A stretch of DNA of 64,000 nucleotides from positions 1,714,502 to 1,778,501 of the forward strand of contig NMRA01000022.1 in NCBI GenBank assembly GCA_002633005.1, written 5' to 3'. A model generated the notes under the pieces. That model was not told where the DNA came from. It did no database searches and saw only the letters and a program-made list of their open reading frames with translations. Position numbers and translations under genes: made by a program. This document shows positions 25,981 through 39,480 of the stretch, piece by piece (position 1 is the first letter of the stretch; every line of letters starts with the position of its first letter). Source of the DNA: Phoronis australis (Eukaryota; Animalia; Phoronida).

Positions 25981-27959
25981 CAGTAACAATAAAGTTTGAC
26001 TACATGAAAAACTGTATGTTTACCGAACAATAACTGCAGAAGAAGTGCAACAGAGCATGTACGATCTACCTGTAATGTGAGAGAAAGTTTTGAATATGAA
26101 CTCACCCTGGCCAGAGTAGGCGGGTTTGGTGTACTGCGCGGTGTGCGTTTGCGCAATACATTTTATTCCCGTGTGATCTGGTGAGTGAGGTACCGGTAAG
26201 CTGCATTTGATGACACTGTCCCAAATGCATTTGAATCTTCGGCACTTCCATCGGCTTCTTATGTAGAAAGCTGGCCACGGTTATTTTCTAATGAAATAGA
26301 GCCTTGGTGGACGATACAAACGGAGCTCCAGATTTGCTTATGATGTGAAAGTGTTCTTGACGAAAGTTTGCATCTGGACAAAGTACTGGTGTCAAGTGTA
26401 CTTGCAGGGCCTACCCCTGCAGTCGTGAGGTAAGGTTAGCGAAGAATCGGCAGAAAAATGAGGTGACTGGCTAATCGAGGCCCAGATCACTAGCTTCTTT
26501 TCTCCCATGGCTGCCTCCTTTAAAGCTGACTGGGGGATTGAGACGCGCAAACGGTAGGTGGAGAACTCCTAGGATCCGAACAGTTAAATGAAGTTCTGTA
26601 AGATCTAGGTTAATGCGCAGTCCGTTCTACGGGGAAGTTCTGTCAACACCTTTTCTGTTAGATGGTTGCCAAGACTAAAAAATTCAAAAGTCATTTTTGA
26701 TGTTTTATGTTCATACATTTTGATTTGGTCAGTACTTTATATCGGCACATGAGTCTATTCAGCTATGGAAATCATTGACAATTATTTGACATACATCACA
26801 ATGCACAGTTTCTAAAATGGCATATATACTCATTTTAGAAAGACCAAGGTAATTGGGTTCAATAATGACGTCCTGCAGCATTTTTACATATTACAAGCTC
26901 TCACTATAACATATGTAGCACAACTTTTGAAGCAGGGATTCTTGTGCTGTAAACAATGTCCTATTTGCAAATTGAATGCAGGCAGAAGTGTCGTTGCGTC
27001 GATGCTCATGCTCAAATAAATGGAAGTAGGACGTTTTATACAATGGGCATTTTTTGATTTTCTCGCCAGTTATGTGAAAATTATCTAACAAAGGCATCTT
27101 CTTGGGCATATCATAATGGCAAAATATTGGTTTCTTTTTTCCGTGTGGCCACTCGAGCAGACATTGTCAACAGTTCGTTAGGTTAAATTTCTTTTTCGAT
27201 GAACTAACGAGCAACACAACTTTAAAAAAATCACAAGAGTCCATTTCATAACCCGTGCCCTAGCCTGTAAGCTAGCCATCTTTATTAGCACTCTCTCATG
27301 CGGCCCATTACTACGATCAGCGCCACTATTGACATGCATCATCTTGGAACTTAAGATGGGATTCTAGGTAAGATTAACGACGCATAGTCTCATTAAATTG
27401 TGAATATGCAAATGAACTACCAATGTACAATCAACCCCGTGTCCTCCAGTGTGCTGAAACTATCTGAGAACCAGTTACCATTACAATCTCGCGTAAGTCT
27501 CGTTTTGCTAGACTATTTTTATGTGAATAAGTATCATAAATGGTAATTTCATTTTGCCGTCACCTTGGACAATGTTCAACATCACGTCACTTTGCGTGTC
27601 TAGTAGTGCAAGTTCTAGGTATTTGCATACATTCCTCGTCCAGGACAACACGGGAATCCCTAGGAAACCCCCGCAGCATTGTCGTTACCCGGGTGATTTT
27701 CTTTAGCGTAGCTGTTAATTTGCAATGAAGGCAGGGAATAAGCAGAGCTTATAATTCCAAACAACGCAACACGTCTGTTGGAAACGATGTATCAAACACG
27801 CACACGGCATACATACCACCACGGTCACTTGAGCCCCATTTGAACCATTTTCACAGCAGGTGTAAAAATATCGTCCAGAAAATCAGAATATTGTGTGTAT
27901 TTAGTATTTGTTAACCGTCTGGAATGTACTTGAAAAATGAAATATTCATTTCATTTTAG

Positions 27960-28298
27960 CCGGCCCCAGACTTGTGACAGTACATCGTTCGTCAGATAGC
28001 GGCAGCGAACAGGTTTTGCACGGCCAAACGGTAGTAGTACAGGAAGGTATTCCGCAAGAATTCACTTGTTTAACAGGCGAAGTCTGGGGAGGAGCACGCG
28101 TGAGTTGGTCGACGACGGGAACGTGGAATATGAATACGATGAAGAGCCAAGAAGTTATTGGACATGGAATGAAATATAGGAATACGGTGACTTTTACTCC
28201 TCGAGTAGTAAAACTTGGCGTCACAGTTGAATGCAGAGCGGTGAATAACCGCGCAACAAGTCTGGCGGCGGTTTTATCATTCACAGTTCACGTTGTGA
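27960..28298 (+). CDS. Ig-like domain exon 5
   Basis: tttcattttAG..A|gtaagt, 339 nt; GPRLVTV..FTCLTGEVWGGARVSW..VECRAVN. Confidence 0.85.
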
Positions 28299-29276
28299 GT
28301 AAGTGAGTTATATTTGAATTAGGCAACTCACTTGGCTTAGTTTGGCGTGCGCAGGCCGCTCAGGTGGGCCTATTGTTTTTATCACCTAGAAGCATTTTTA
28401 TGCGCCAACATATACATATATGGGTGGATATTGTCGTCATCTCTGCCAGAGCGTCCGGTTTTCCGTGTCTGCGCCGGTTTCTACTAAACCCCTTAGAGGA
28501 TCATAATTGGATTTGGCAGATGTCTTCCTATGAGTTGACGACAGACGACTACAAGTTTCGGACCTTTTTGCCCCCAAGTGGCAATTTTATATTTTGCAGT
28601 TGCCATTGTATCTTTGCAGTCCTTGATGGATTTTCATGAAACTTGGCAAATGTGTCTCTATTAAAGGTAGGTCCTGTAATACTAATGAATACCCCTAAAA
28701 GCACACCGTTTGCTTTGCTCTGCCTTGTTCGTGTTATACTTTTTTAGTATATAGTTAAAACCGAACCGAGAAGCTAGAGAGCTGACACAAGTGCCTAGCC
28801 GTCTGACTCAGTGGGATTCGAACTGACGACGTTGAATAAAGGACGTGGTTCACTAGCGTGCAGAAGGGGGCGGGGCGGCGGGGCGACGGCTCGGGGTATC
28901 CACATCGGGGGCATCCAATAACTATAAATTTTGAGATTGTGACTGATTTGTAGTTAAATTGAATAAATTTTCTAGGTTATGTATCATCTTTTTACTTTCT
29001 AGGATCATGCATTTGAGTAGAGAGAGATTCATCCAATAATAATTGCCCCGGACATCACCAAACCTCTGCACGCTAGGTTTAATTAAACCAGTAGACCACA
29101 CTGTCTCCTCCCATGCGTAGTGTTGTGTATATCGCATATTTCCAACTTTCAAAAGCTCGTGTACAGTACCGTGTTCATTACCGCCCATTTGCATTACCCA
29201 ACATTGAATTAAAATGTCTTAGTACTAGCGACGAATTTGGTATGCATTTAGCATGGAAGTTAAGCATTCTAAGCCA

Positions 29277-29999
29277 GCCTCCCGTTCATTAACGCTAGGA
29301 CCTTGCTATAAGCTAAGACTTCGCGAGATTATGTGAGATATTGCCGTGTATTTCGAATCAAAACACGTGACTTTGTCTAGCTTTTAGCTAGGTCCTAGCG
29401 CTCGCTGGTTCCCTGCGTGCCGCTAGATGGGGCGGTAGCCGCGCCAGCACGCAGGTATCACTTAAATTTCCTCTGTAAATTTTTTTACACCGGCGTTTCT
29501 GATTGGCTAGTCGAATTCTCAACAGGCAGCGCTTTGCGCAAACAAACTGGCATGACTGATGGACTGAAGTGTAAATGTGGTCTGTTGTACAGACAAATCG
29601 GTGCTTAAAATTATGTTCAGGAAATGTGAAGCCTAGAAATTGTAATATTGAGCCTTTTCGGAATACATCTTTCTACTGTCGATGACTTTTGTTTACGATA
29701 GTGTCCTTATACAGTATGAATAACACACCGGTTAAATCGGCCACATAATATGTGTTTATTGTGCATGTATGTGCTTCAAGCACGCGGCTATTAAACATCA
29801 CTTCAGAAACGAAGGCTAAAAATCGTTCACAGTCCGCCATTTTTTCACGGTGTTGTAAAGCTAACCAATGACTGCCAAGATTACATCGACCAATGCTAAA
29901 GCACGTGCCACTAGGTGATACCTGCGTGCTGGCTGGGCTAAGCACGCAGGGAACCAGCGAGGGTCCTAGCGTAGGTCCTAGCGTTACTGAACGGGAGGC
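29277..29999. mobile_element. MITE with TIRs (gcctcccgttca..tgaacgggaggc); related pieces at ~50190-50715 and ~55078-55207
   Basis: ~26-bp terminal inverted repeats; the internal region recurs at 50.2-50.7 kb. Confidence 0.7.
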
Positions 30000-30057
30000 A
30001 GGATCGCAGTTTGGACACATTCCCCGGCGTCGTTGCATCTACATGTACCTTAGTATA

Positions 30058-32560
30058 TGATTCAAGATTCAAGAAGCTTTATTTATCGTCGTTCAGAGAA
30101 CAGATTAACTTAAGCCAGGGGGGCTATTACGACGACAGAAAACATGAAGAAAATGGAACTTAAGCTAGAGGTGGAGAATAACACAGAGATATAATTGTAC
30201 AGAAATGTTGTCGTAATCGCTAAACTATATACTAGTTAGGGTCAAGTGAGCATAAACAATAATGGCTACACGTGTAAATGCTATAATCTAGATAAATCAT
30301 AAGAGAAACACTAATTATAGCATAACTTGGAGTGTGTACAAAGAGAACAGCTGCATTTAGGGCCTGTCCTGGTACGAATCAGTCCACGGAAAATGGTGAA
30401 AGACTCTGTTGTGCGCAACAGATTTGGTACACTGTTCCAGACCCGTGCAGCCACGAAGCGAAAAGATTGTTTTCCATATTTAACAGATTTGACTTGAGGA
30501 AAAGCTAGAACTGCGAAAGGATCTTTTCCTGCTTCTTTACAAGTGAAGAAAGTTTCTTGGTTGATTCACCATGAAGGATTTTAAGTACTTGTATTGCAAT
30601 AAGTCGAAGTCTGTTTAGGTGAAGGGGTGGTTTGTTAGCTAGATAGAGTAGTTGGTCGTGCGTCATAACGGCTAAATCGTCGTGAGAGACCGTCCGGAGT
30701 TGGTATATGGTGCAACTCCGGGCGGTCTGGGGTCAACAGAAAACCACAGTTCAATTGTGAGTCTACACCAATGTGATAAATGAGAGTAGTTCGACTGTGA
30801 CTGGGCAAAGCGTTTTCAAAATAATGTGGATAAATCACTGAAGTGTGAGACCCCTGAGGTCCCTGTCAACTCCTCACAACAATTCTACGTTATGTGCTAA
30901 TGTCGTCATTGCAAACAAATCGTAGGGCTCTGAGCTGAAGTTTTTCTAGTTTGAGTTTATTTTCTTTCGAGCACAAATGCCATGAGAGTGGGCAGTAGTT
31001 GAAATTTGAAAGGACAAAGAAGTGAAAGACGGCAAGTCTACCCTTTATCGTAAGATGGTGTCCAATTCTTCTTAGATAGTTTATTTGTTGTGAGGCTCTT
31101 TTGCAAATGTTCGAAATATGGGAGTCAAAAGTTAGGTTGGTATCAATGGCTATTTCTAGAAGTTTAACTTTCGGTTCACAAGGTATTTCGCAATTTCCAA
31201 TAGAGAGGGTTTTACAGAATGTGTTCATTTTTCCCCTATGCAGATTGCTTGGAATTTGTCAGGATTTGCTTGCATGCCATTTACAGCGAACCAACTGATG
31301 AGTGATTCACTATCTTGTCTTAGGGTTTCAGTAACGGAGAGTGGGTTGTTGTCGGACAAGGAGATGGTGTTGTCATCTGCGTAGTTGACCAGTGTAGATT
31401 TTTCCACAAAGAAGAAGATGTAATTGATGAAAGTATTAAAGAAATAGGGGTCCCAAGATGGATCCTTGAGGTACTCCCTTGTATACATGGCTCCATTCAC
31501 TTGAGTGTTGGCCTAGTTTCACTTGTTGTTTTCTGTTGGAGAGATAATTCCCAAGAAGGGCTAAGGCATTGTCATCAAATTTGTAAGCTTTAAGTTTGGA
31601 GATCAAAAGGGAGTGAGGGAGGCAGTCGAAAGCTTTAGAAAGATCCATGGGTACTGCTGCAGTGTATTTTTGTTCATCTTTGGCTTTACGCCAGTCTTCA
31701 AGTAGGCGAAGTAAGGCAGTGCTGCAACTAAAGCCAGCACGGAAGGCACCAAGGTAGTCATTAAAAAGATTATTGGATTCAAAGTGGTTGGACATTTGGT
31801 TAAAAATTTCATAAAGTTTTGAAATTATTGGTAATATACTGACGTGTCTATAGTTTGAGATGGAGAGGGTGTCATTTTTCTTGTGAATGGGGGTAACGCG
31901 AGCTTGTTTGAGACTGTCGGGTATTTGTGAGCAAGAGAAACTTGCGTTTATGAGATTGGCGATAGGTAGACAGAGGACGGATTTGCTGCACATTTAAGAA
32001 GTCTGGCTGGTATGTTATCGATACTAGTAGCTTTCCGAGAACTCAAGGAGTTAATGTAGTCCAATATACATTTTGCAGACACCTTTTTAAAATGAAAATC
32101 GTCAGCGTCTTTTGCTATGTTAGAAATAACGTGGAGGCTGGGGTGTTTCTCTTTAGTGGGGTCGGTCATATTTCCAAAATCTTTGGCTACGTTGATGAAA
32201 AAGTTATTGAAGACTGAGCATATTTTTGTTTGGTCTGAAAAAGTTTGATTTTCATGGGAGATTATGGTCGTGGTGTCGGTTGTATAGTCTTTTTTGAGAG
32301 GAAAGGTTTGATTGTGGGCCATAAATTTTTGTAGTTGGGGCCTTCGCTACATCTGTCTGAGAAATATGATCGTAGGCTGGCTCGTTTCATTTTCGTAGCT
32401 AAATTCCGCTGTTTACGGTAGGCTTCCCAGTTTCTTGTACTCCTGTCATGCGTATATTTGTTGAAGAGCATACGTTTTATGTAACTTGTCTTACGTAGTT
32501 TGCCGTTGAGGAAAGGTGGAGAAGATTTCGGATACTTGAGCCTAAGTGGGGCATATGAGT
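30058..32560 (-). mobile_element. L2/CR1-group LINE, 5'-truncated and frameshifted
   Basis: KQARVTPIHKK..NYRHVSILP, MDLSKAFDCLPH, GVPQGSILGP, NYADDNT; 3' tail aataaa..(ttgaatc)2 on the minus strand; ~250-bp interruption near 30640-30890. Confidence 0.9.
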
Positions 32561-34080
32561 GGGTTTCGTACAGAGTCTGGAAATACGTTTTTCTACTTAC
32601 TCGTCCGAATCTTCTATGAACGCCCATTTTGACAACTTCACTCTGAGTCCGATTGTTCGAATCTTTCCAACACACGTTTCAAGTTACGATAGTCTTCCTC
32701 GTCATCGCTTCCCGTAACTAAGACATCATCCAACATGACACTGACACGGAAAACTCCCACAAGAACAGTTTTCAAGCGTTGAGAAATCGCCGGTCTAGCT
32801 GGAATGCCGAAGGGCAATCTCTTGTAGCGAAACAGACTCTTGTGCGTGGCTATCGTACACAATTCCTGTGCTTTCATAGCGAGGAGTAGGTTACCTGTTG
32901 ATATGCCCTCGGCATGTCGATATCTGACCATTTCTGACCACCTGCTAAATCCTTACACAAGTCATTAGTTGTAGGTAACGAGTACTGGTCAGCGTAGATT
33001 CTCTTGTTGACAGTGATGCGGTAATCCCCGTACAAACGCACATTATCGGCTATCTTCGAAACGCAAACCAATGGCGTAGCCCTTTCACTATAACTAACGG
33101 GCCAAATGATTCCCTCCGCCTCCATGCGTTCTAACTCCTTCTCGACCGCGGGTCGCAACACAAACAGCACATGTGCGTTGCAAAATACGGGCTAAGAATC
33201 CGACTTGATATTAAGTTGAGCGCTCATACTCGTAACTATTTCTAACCCTTCTTTAAACACGTCCGGTAACGCTTGATGAGGTCGTAAATGGACTTCACGT
33301 TTGACATCAGCCTTGTTAATGATTGACATGTATAATCCCGTGCCCAATGCCATGTCGAAATCATGATAATTCAGTTTTCATTAGTTTGAAAGGGGATGCT
33401 TCGTGAATGTGGAGTACTGACCCGCATTAATTCACTTCATCCTCCGAGTCCGAATTTCCATTCCGATCACCCGACTCAGAATCCGAGACAATTCATTTTC
33501 TCGAATGTTTTTAACGTGCGTTTCTGGTTCCCGAAATAAAAGTAGGCCTACTGTGTCCCAGGTACATTTGTTTTTGCGTTCTACTTTTTTGGTTTTATGG
33601 CTCTTATCAGAATCCGTTTGTTGACACATAGATTTGAAATGACCTCCTCCAGCATTTATTGTCGTTAAATCTCCAAACATCAGCACTATGATTCCGGAAT
33701 CCAGAACGAAAACATTTTCCGGCTTTACTTCTCTGTGTGCTAACCTTTGCAACGGATTCTGCAGAATCCTTCGAGCTCAACTTCATGGACAGTATTTGTA
33801 ATTTTGCCACTTCTTTTGCACGCGCATAATTTAACAATTGTGTCAATATCAAACGGTGAATCAGCGCTTTTTGGCCAACCTGATTATTCGTACGAAACAA
33901 AAATATTTGTGAGCGTATTCCCTGATCTGGGTCAGCAAGCTCACACCTATTAGTAATGTCTCTTAACCTGATATAAAAATTATCTAAAATCTCCTCCTCA
34001 GTTTGCACCGTCTTCCTAAAAAGGAATTCATCGTTATCCGTATTCGACCGTGGTTTAACTTGAAAATTTTGTCAGCGCAT
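32560..34080 (-). mobile_element. Gypsy LTR-retrotransposon gag and RT remnant
   Basis: FYIRLRDITNRCEL (gag); VEKELERMEAEGIIWPV..ATPLVCV..VRLYGDYRITVN; FRYKRLPFGI..MLDDVLVTG (RT). Confidence 0.85.
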
Positions 34081-34921
34081 TTGTCCTATGCATGTACGTC
34101 CAAGCGATTTTGTTGGTCGTATTATTTGTTTGCTCGACATGAAATTTGTGTGCGCATAAGCGAACGCAAGGTGATGCTGTAGCGGCCATTTTTTAAATAA
34201 TCGTTTGCGGAACTTCAGCTACATGTATGTTGTCCTTCGAGGCAATCATCTGAAATTTAGCACGCCGGTACATCTCACCAGTAAAGGGATATCTGAAGTG
34301 TCATCTGTTCATCGCTGTACCTTACTGCTCTGAATTTTGGCATATTCGAGATTTTCCGAAGAGTACTGTTTCATTATTTAACTCCTCGTTTCTTTTTTCC
34401 GGCGTCCCTTGATAAACCTTTAGTTTCACAAACAATAAACTGATTTGGTGGTAGTTTCATATAAGCAACGTTGTCAATGGTGGCTTTGTGAGTGTTGTTG
34501 GTGCCTTATTATTGGCACCAGTGTTGGTGACGACGTTGTCGTTTTCGTTGGTGCTGTTGTTGGTGGTAACAGTGGTGGTGGCGATATTATGGTCACTGAG
34601 GTCATGTTTTGTGTCATCAGTAGTGACGAGATTGTTGTCGTCTCAGAAAACGTTGCTTCTGCCGTCGCTCGTGTACTCTCTGTTACAGTAAGCAGTAGGT
34701 TTGACCTCCATCTTGATGGGGAAAACCAGTTAAGGGACAACCGTCACGAGCTCGGTTGATAAAACACCGGAAGCTGATAAGTAGCTATCCATATTGAGAA
34801 CTAGTTGAAATGCACTTGGCAAGCGACGTAAAACATTGTTAGTGTTGTTATTATTATTACTATAATTATTGTTGCTTTGTTATAATATTTTTGAAAAATG
34901 TCATTGTGTATGCACTCTCAG

Positions 34922-35266
34922 GTGGACCCTCTTCCTTGACGTTGGTTGACATGACTACAAGGACGCGCCTGCCCTGGAATCAACCAATAGTTATCAGCGA
35001 AAAGCGAAATCCCCGCCTCTACCTCAAGTGCATTACGGACCTCTCTTTCCCAAACGTCAATATGAACTGGACGAATGAGGATGTCAGTATGACACATAGT
35101 TATCTGGCCCGACTCCAAACTCGTCAACCAGGCAAGAACACGTTCAGTACTGTAATTCAATTGGAGCCCACACGTGCATTGCACATGTCTAGCCTGATAT
35201 GCAACGCCAGTAACTCGTTGGCTCCTTGGATTAAGAAGATTGATCGCGTGCTGCTAAATATTCGAT
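34922..35266 (+). CDS. Ig-like domain exon 6
   Basis: ctctcAG..T|gtaagt, 345 nt; GPSSLTL..LKCITDLSFPNVNMNW..LICNASN. Confidence 0.85.
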
Positions 35267-36707
35267 GTAAGTACTTAAATTAATACAAAGAGAAGGACTG
35301 TGACAAGCAAGATTATTCTCCTTTCCAACCTCCATTACCATTAGACTGTATTGCAGCAATACCACATTGCACCAGGATAGATGACTTCTCCGGCCCCCTG
35401 TGTACATCTAGGGGCACTTTCAGTTGGCTACAACGTGTGTGAGGGATAAACAACACCGCTGCTTTGTGCCACTACTTTGCGGTAAAATGACAAACTTGAA
35501 TTTGTTTAAGTCACGTTTCACCTTAGTTGTTTTACATCAAATTTAACTTTTTAGCAACATAAATGAAATGCATTAGGGAACCGTTGCCGCTTTTTTGAGA
35601 ACGTGAAATGGCACATTATATGTGCGGCTGCTGGAGCTAAAAATAAGTTGGTGACACTAGTTTTATTCCATAACCAACACAAGGTTCATCAAAAAAATAA
35701 CGTTAAACATTCAAAGACCTAAATTTTCATTTCAAAAAAATTAAAATACTTAAGTTGCCCAAAAGACCAAATCCATTTTTTGTGTTGGCATTAACCACGC
35801 GCTTGCTTTGCAAATGACTTTAATTTAAATGCTTGACAAAGAAACAATTATGAGTTTCTGAGTGATTCATTAAGGCTTCAATTAAAATTTACATCTCACC
35901 AACAGCTTCTACTTCTCCATCGACACTCAGCTGCCGTTTTCTTTGAAAAAAAATAGTTAATTTTCTTCGTTCTTTTGCACAATGGCGCAAGCTTCCGAAA
36001 CGAAGTGATAGCGCGCAGCGCCACTGCCGACCGCCTGGGATATTACTTGTATATCGACCGGGAGTTACCGTTACGATTGCGCTGGTTGTCTGAATCGGAC
36101 ACTTGAAATCGGGTCTGACCCACCCCCACATGCACACACAAATTAAAGCTAAACACATTGTCAAATCTTGTTTCGTCTGTATAATGTTAATTACCGCGGT
36201 TAATATAGTTATTTAACCTAATATCTCCTCACGCTTTCGCTGTTTTGTTTTTGCTCCCCCAACATCCGCCTATGGTTTCACAGAAGTTTCCTATGTAGCC
36301 TTGATTGTGTTTGATACTTGCTGATACTGCTCAGTTTTAAAGTTTCCAAGCAAAATTACGTAAAAAGTCCTACAAACTACATTCAAAACACCGAATTTAG
36401 GCTCATGCGGCTGTGTCCCATATTGGCAAACTCCAAAGAGGGTGTACCATTGGGAATTATTCGTGAAATTTCACATTATTACTCAGGTTCCAAATGTTTT
36501 TCCATATGTGGTAAGACTTGTACTTTATTGTTGGCTTTCCTGCTCCAAGTCCTAATATTAAGGTGGTTAATAAGTTAACAAAGTTTATAAATATTATATA
36601 TTATAAGGAGCTGTGTCTTTGTTGTGCTATTTCTGTATTCGAAAGACTGGCGTCAATGTTTGTCGCGGACTTGTAATGGTTGTTGTCAATTCTTACATGT
36701 ATTTCAG

Positions 36708-37022
36708 TTGGGCCTGACACCGTCACCGTAGCTGATCTTAAACAAGTCATCTCTGATGGACATAAAGTAAACGTAGTAGCAGGCGATCAGCAGTCGTTTA
36801 AATGCACAAGCAGCGAAACTTGGGAAATTGCTTCTGTGTCATGGTCCATTTCTGGGTTAGAAACCAAGTCTGAAGAAAATGGAGTAATAGCGAAAAAGTA
36901 CACAAACATCATATCATTCACACCAAACGCCGAACAGCATAACACTAACGTGAAGTGCAGTGCACATAATCAATATCACCCCACATTTACAGCATCCTTA
37001 AGCTTCACCATGATGGTTGTCC
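36708..37022 (+). CDS. Ig-like domain exon 7
   Basis: gtatttcAG..C|gtgagt, 315 nt; GPDTVTV..FKCTSSETWEIASVSW..VKCSAHN. Confidence 0.85.
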
Positions 37023-38889
37023 GTGAGTGTTTCCTTAAAATTGTGCGTTACGTACTATATTAGATAGAAATCGAACGACGACTGCTTGTTACATTTTTGA
37101 AACGTAAGAAGTTGAGGAGATTGATCATGAATAAAAAGTTAGTAACTGTATGTCGAGGAAAAGTTATTCATAAATGTCCATTCAGTATGGTGATTGACGT
37201 CCAGTGACGATGGGTGCATGTTTGGTGTCGTACTTTTTAATCTAAAGAATGTCGTTGAAGCAGTAGCCACGGGTGTAGGCGCGAACTTAAAGCGTAAATA
37301 GTCAGAAGTTAGTCGAACATAAGTTGACAGGTCTAAAGATCTCTCCACTCACTCTGTCTGTGACTCTTAAGTTGTCTGTGTACAAACTCAGGGCTACAGT
37401 GGTTGTCAGAATACAGAATACAAGTAACGTTTACATTTTATCAGACAAACCTTATAATAAACCAACTTTTCGGTCAATTTAACCCATGTGTGTCTCGTAG
37501 GATGTACTGATAAACGAAGCTCGAAGGTCTCAGTGATTTTCTTGAACGGGATTGGGCGTTATTCGCCTAGGTGTGAAGAATAACAATTTCAGCTATAGCG
37601 ACCGTAAATTTCCCAGATGTAGAAACCGATGAACTTCGTCGTGTTTACGGTGTTATTTGGGAATTCCATCACACAAAAAGAATTTTAAGTTGAAACTCTC
37701 ACCGGTCAAAATAGGGCAACTCGACCGGTGCGCTTATCGAGAAATCCGCGGCAATATTCAAAGATACATGTACCATGCAGTTGTAGGCAATTACATCGCC
37801 TGTGGATGCCGCAAGGTGCTGATGTTATCGTTCCTTAGATAACCAGACCCATTATAAACACACTGGACATGGTGTGGACATTAATAATATTTTTTAATTT
37901 TACTTTTGACTGTTTTTAAAGCGTCCCTACAATTGTTCTTGCACTTTTTGAGATTTTAGACCGTGTATAATAATTTTATAACTCAAAATCTAACCAAACA
38001 ATCAGTAATTTTGGGAAATAATTGAGGAAATTTCGAAATAAAGAATAATTACGTTTTTTGGTTTTTCGCCACATGATGTCATCAATGGAAGACGCTGATC
38101 AGTTGACAGTATATATGCAATAGCGGATGGTAGTGATTTTGAAAGTTACTAAGACATAAAGAGCGACCTCGACGAGAATTATGAAGACACTTATGGAGGT
38201 GTGGGGGGGCGGCAGGGGGGGGGGGGGAANGGGGTAAAAAGACACTCAGGCCACACATTAGGTGAATCAGGTAATGAATTAGACTCCGCCATATCGACTG
38301 ACTGCGTGTGTGAGGCCGCACGAACACAACCCTCCCGCACCGGCGTCTTCAGTGGCTTACATAAGTCGAGTTGGACCTTACTCAGTCTGCGTACAGTCGT
38401 TTTACTGAATCACAATTTAATCTTACCTGTTCGATGTCGTGTAATACGTGTCCCGTACGGTAAATCTAACCGAAGTTTTTACCCTGACTGAGCCCAGTAA
38501 CAAATAGCGGACATTGATTTCCTTTCATCAAATGCCGAGTGCGTTTGACAGGAAAGGTCATATCTAATTGTAGAGATGCTAACTGGATTTTATTTCTATT
38601 AAACAATACTGGTTTCTATCGTGCCTGTTCCAAAACCATGAAACCTTTGTGTCGTTGTGATTCGTCGATTATTTCTTTCGGGGGTCCGACTCCAGCCTCT
38701 GTGCCAGCTGCGGTCGTGACCTAAAAGTATTTGCGTGGCATCTACGTCCCCTTTTCTAGTATTTGGTATTGACGTATATGTGGAAAACATGTATACCCAC
38801 AAAAGCTTGAACAAGAATAGACTGATGAAATCACATTCATTATCTCGGTCACAATTTGATGTTGAGGATCCTACTCAAAATTGGCCTGA

Positions 38890-39480
38890 CAACTACGTTT
38901 CCAGCAATGTTACAGCATAACACACTTTCTCTCCCTCAAATACAATAGAGAAACCTGCATCAAATCTCCATTTCTGAGACGGATCGAAGCACGATTCTTC
39001 AAAATGAGCTGCGCACAGTGTTGCTCCTGAACTGATCGCTTGCTCCATCGTGCACTGCCATACCCGTGTCCGACCCACGAATATGTGCTATTTCTGCGAT
39101 CTTTGGGTTTTTTGGAAAAGCAAAAAACTGAAATAATGTCAGACCGATTGCTATTACTACGTCCTCTCCATATGCAACTTTTCATAATACGTCTAATTCA
39201 TGCTAACATGAAGCTCGCTCCAAAACGAGACTTACTTCGATAGCCCCGTTAAAAGGCTAATCGGCATAGTTGTGTTCTACGTTGTTCGAACGGTGATAGA
39301 AAAAAATACGGGCATTCAACTGTCTTTTTTACCATCTCTAATGACGTTGAGATTCGGAAGCGTTGGGTCGTTGCCATACGCCGCGACAAAGGAAAATATT
39401 TCAGGGTAAAATTTATAAATGTTTTCAAAAGTTTTATCACATTTTGTCGCATCTCGATTGCAGAGCATAGCAACGACCGG
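38890..39480. mobile_element. Two divergent THAP-domain remnants (DNA transposon relics)
   Basis: Minus: GATLCAAHFEESCF. Plus: HSCVLRCSN..FFTISNDVEIRKRWVVAIRRDKGKYFR followed by a gtaaaa donor-like site. Confidence 0.55.

Noticed and set aside
34474-34740. Thr-rich mucin-like minus-strand ORF
   Set aside because: Low-complexity, on the opposite strand to the gene and adjacent to Gypsy remnants; no splice or domain support.
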